Below are positions 31,662-32,052 of a DNA stretch of 32,052 nucleotides, piece after piece. The notes beneath the pieces are model-generated. The model was not told the origin of the DNA. It worked only from the letters and a program-made list of their open reading frames with translations, and made no database searches. Every line of letters begins with the position of its first letter. The stretch's first letter is position 1. The translations under genes and the position numbers were made by a program. Origin of the DNA: a virus; IMG/VR virus record IMGVR_UViG_3300045988_137377, positions 1-32,052 of that record; one strand, written 5' to 3'.

Positions 31662-32052
31662 TTAGTCTAGTCCAAATTGGATTTTAGCGGTTTCGATTAA
31701 AGATTTATAAACCTTACCATGCATATTATCGCCATGAGTAGACTCGACAGCTTCAAGAAATTCTTCAATAGAACCAGTGAAACAACCCCTAGTTACCCTA
31801 ACTCCTATCTCTGAGTCCCTGTAGATTGTCAAACATCCACGCTCACTGCCAATATCTAATACAGTAATCATATCCACCTGGCTGGTCACCCGTGCGTTGC
31901 CGTACACCCGTGCGTCTCCGGTCACCCGTGCGTTGCCGTACACCTGTGCGTTGCCGTACACCCGTGCGTCTCCGTACACCTGTGCGTTGCCGTACACCCG
32001 TGCGTCTCCAGTCACCCATGCGTCTCCGGTCACCCGTGCGTTGCCGTACACC
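31662..32052 (-). CDS. Hexapeptide-repeat protein, C-terminal part (5' end runs off the window and continues from base 273-1)
   Basis: (V)YGNARVT GDAWVT GDARVY GNAQVY GDARVY GNAQVY GNARVT GDARVY GNARVT, then SQVDMITVLDIGSERGCLTIYRDSEIGVRVTRGCFTGSIEEFLEAVESTHGDNMHGKVYKSLIETAKIQFGLD and a TAA stop. Confidence 0.75.
   Translation of the reverse strand, partial: VYGNARVTGDAWVTGDARVYGNAQVYGDARVYGNAQVYGNARVTGDARVYGNARVTSQVDMITVLDIGSERGCLTIYRDSEIGVRVTRGCFTGSIEEFLEAVESTHGDNMHGKVYKSLIETAKIQFGLD
31884..32052. repeat. 9.4 tandem 18-bp units of the same family as 1-108
   Basis: Units start at 31884, 31902, 31920, 31938, 31956, 31974, 31992, 32010 and 32028. The last 25 nt are identical to bases 1-25. 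Confidence 0.95.

Larger units (their letters stand above)
1..32052. mobile_element. Tailed dsDNA phage genome (siphovirus-like gene order), apparently circular or circularly permuted and opened inside one gene
   Basis: Contiguous terminase, portal, capsid, connector, tail, tape-measure, fibre and lysis modules plus an early recombination/replication module. No host-like genes. The two window ends are halves of one ORF. Confidence 0.85.

Noticed and set aside
1-32052. Search by eye for tRNA genes, attachment sites, an integrase, or a toxin domain on the MuF-like protein
   Set aside because: Intergenic gaps are all under 170 nt and are occupied by promoter or hairpin elements, with no cloverleaf-like sequence. 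No tyrosine or serine recombinase motifs were seen. The MuF-like C-terminus after HPNCRC is only about 85 aa with no recognisable toxin motif.

Overview
The window reads as a complete or near-complete tailed dsDNA phage genome of about 32 kb with siphovirus-type module order, and no bacterial flanks are visible. The two window ends are the two halves of one minus-strand gene, a hexapeptide-repeat protein built from 18-bp tandem repeats. The record is therefore a circular or circularly permuted genome opened inside that gene. Nearly everything is on the minus strand. In transcription order this runs: replication/recombination genes (6933 down to 367: winged-helix Rep-like initiator, RusA-like resolvase, HTH protein, Bro-N-like protein, Zn-ribbon protein, DUF3310-like protein, YqaJ-like exonuclease, RecT); the repeat protein across the junction; packaging and head genes (TerS, TerL, portal, MuF/SPP1-gp7-like, scaffold, DUF2190-like decoration, major capsid); connector genes; major tail protein; chaperone pair; a 1292-aa tape measure; three baseplate/minor tail proteins; a 679-aa fibre with a Spherulin4/GH135-like glycosidase domain; and a lysis cassette (TM/coiled-coil protein, amidase, holin-like protein). 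A short plus-strand block (7103-9010) diverges from the Rep gene. It holds four overlapping unknown genes and three tiny two-TM membrane proteins. I see no integrase, CI-like repressor, DNA polymerase, tRNA, CRISPR array or reverse transcriptase. The points most worth a second look are these. (1) A family of hairpin-plus-extended -10 promoter cassettes bounds every early gene module, with compensatory base changes in the stems and an 80-nt perfect inverted copy pair. (2) A candidate antisense countertranscript lies over the Rep leader and RBS, defined by a TATAAT box plus a textbook plus-strand terminator. (3) A single in-frame TGA separates the depolymerase fibre from an FN3-like domain ORF that has no start codon of its own. 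(4) The tail chaperone downstream ORF is in the +1 frame, not the canonical -1 frame. (5) A roughly 470-bp tract in the MuF-like gene has a coding strand made almost only of A and C. All functional calls rest on motif recognition by eye and on gene order; no database search was possible.
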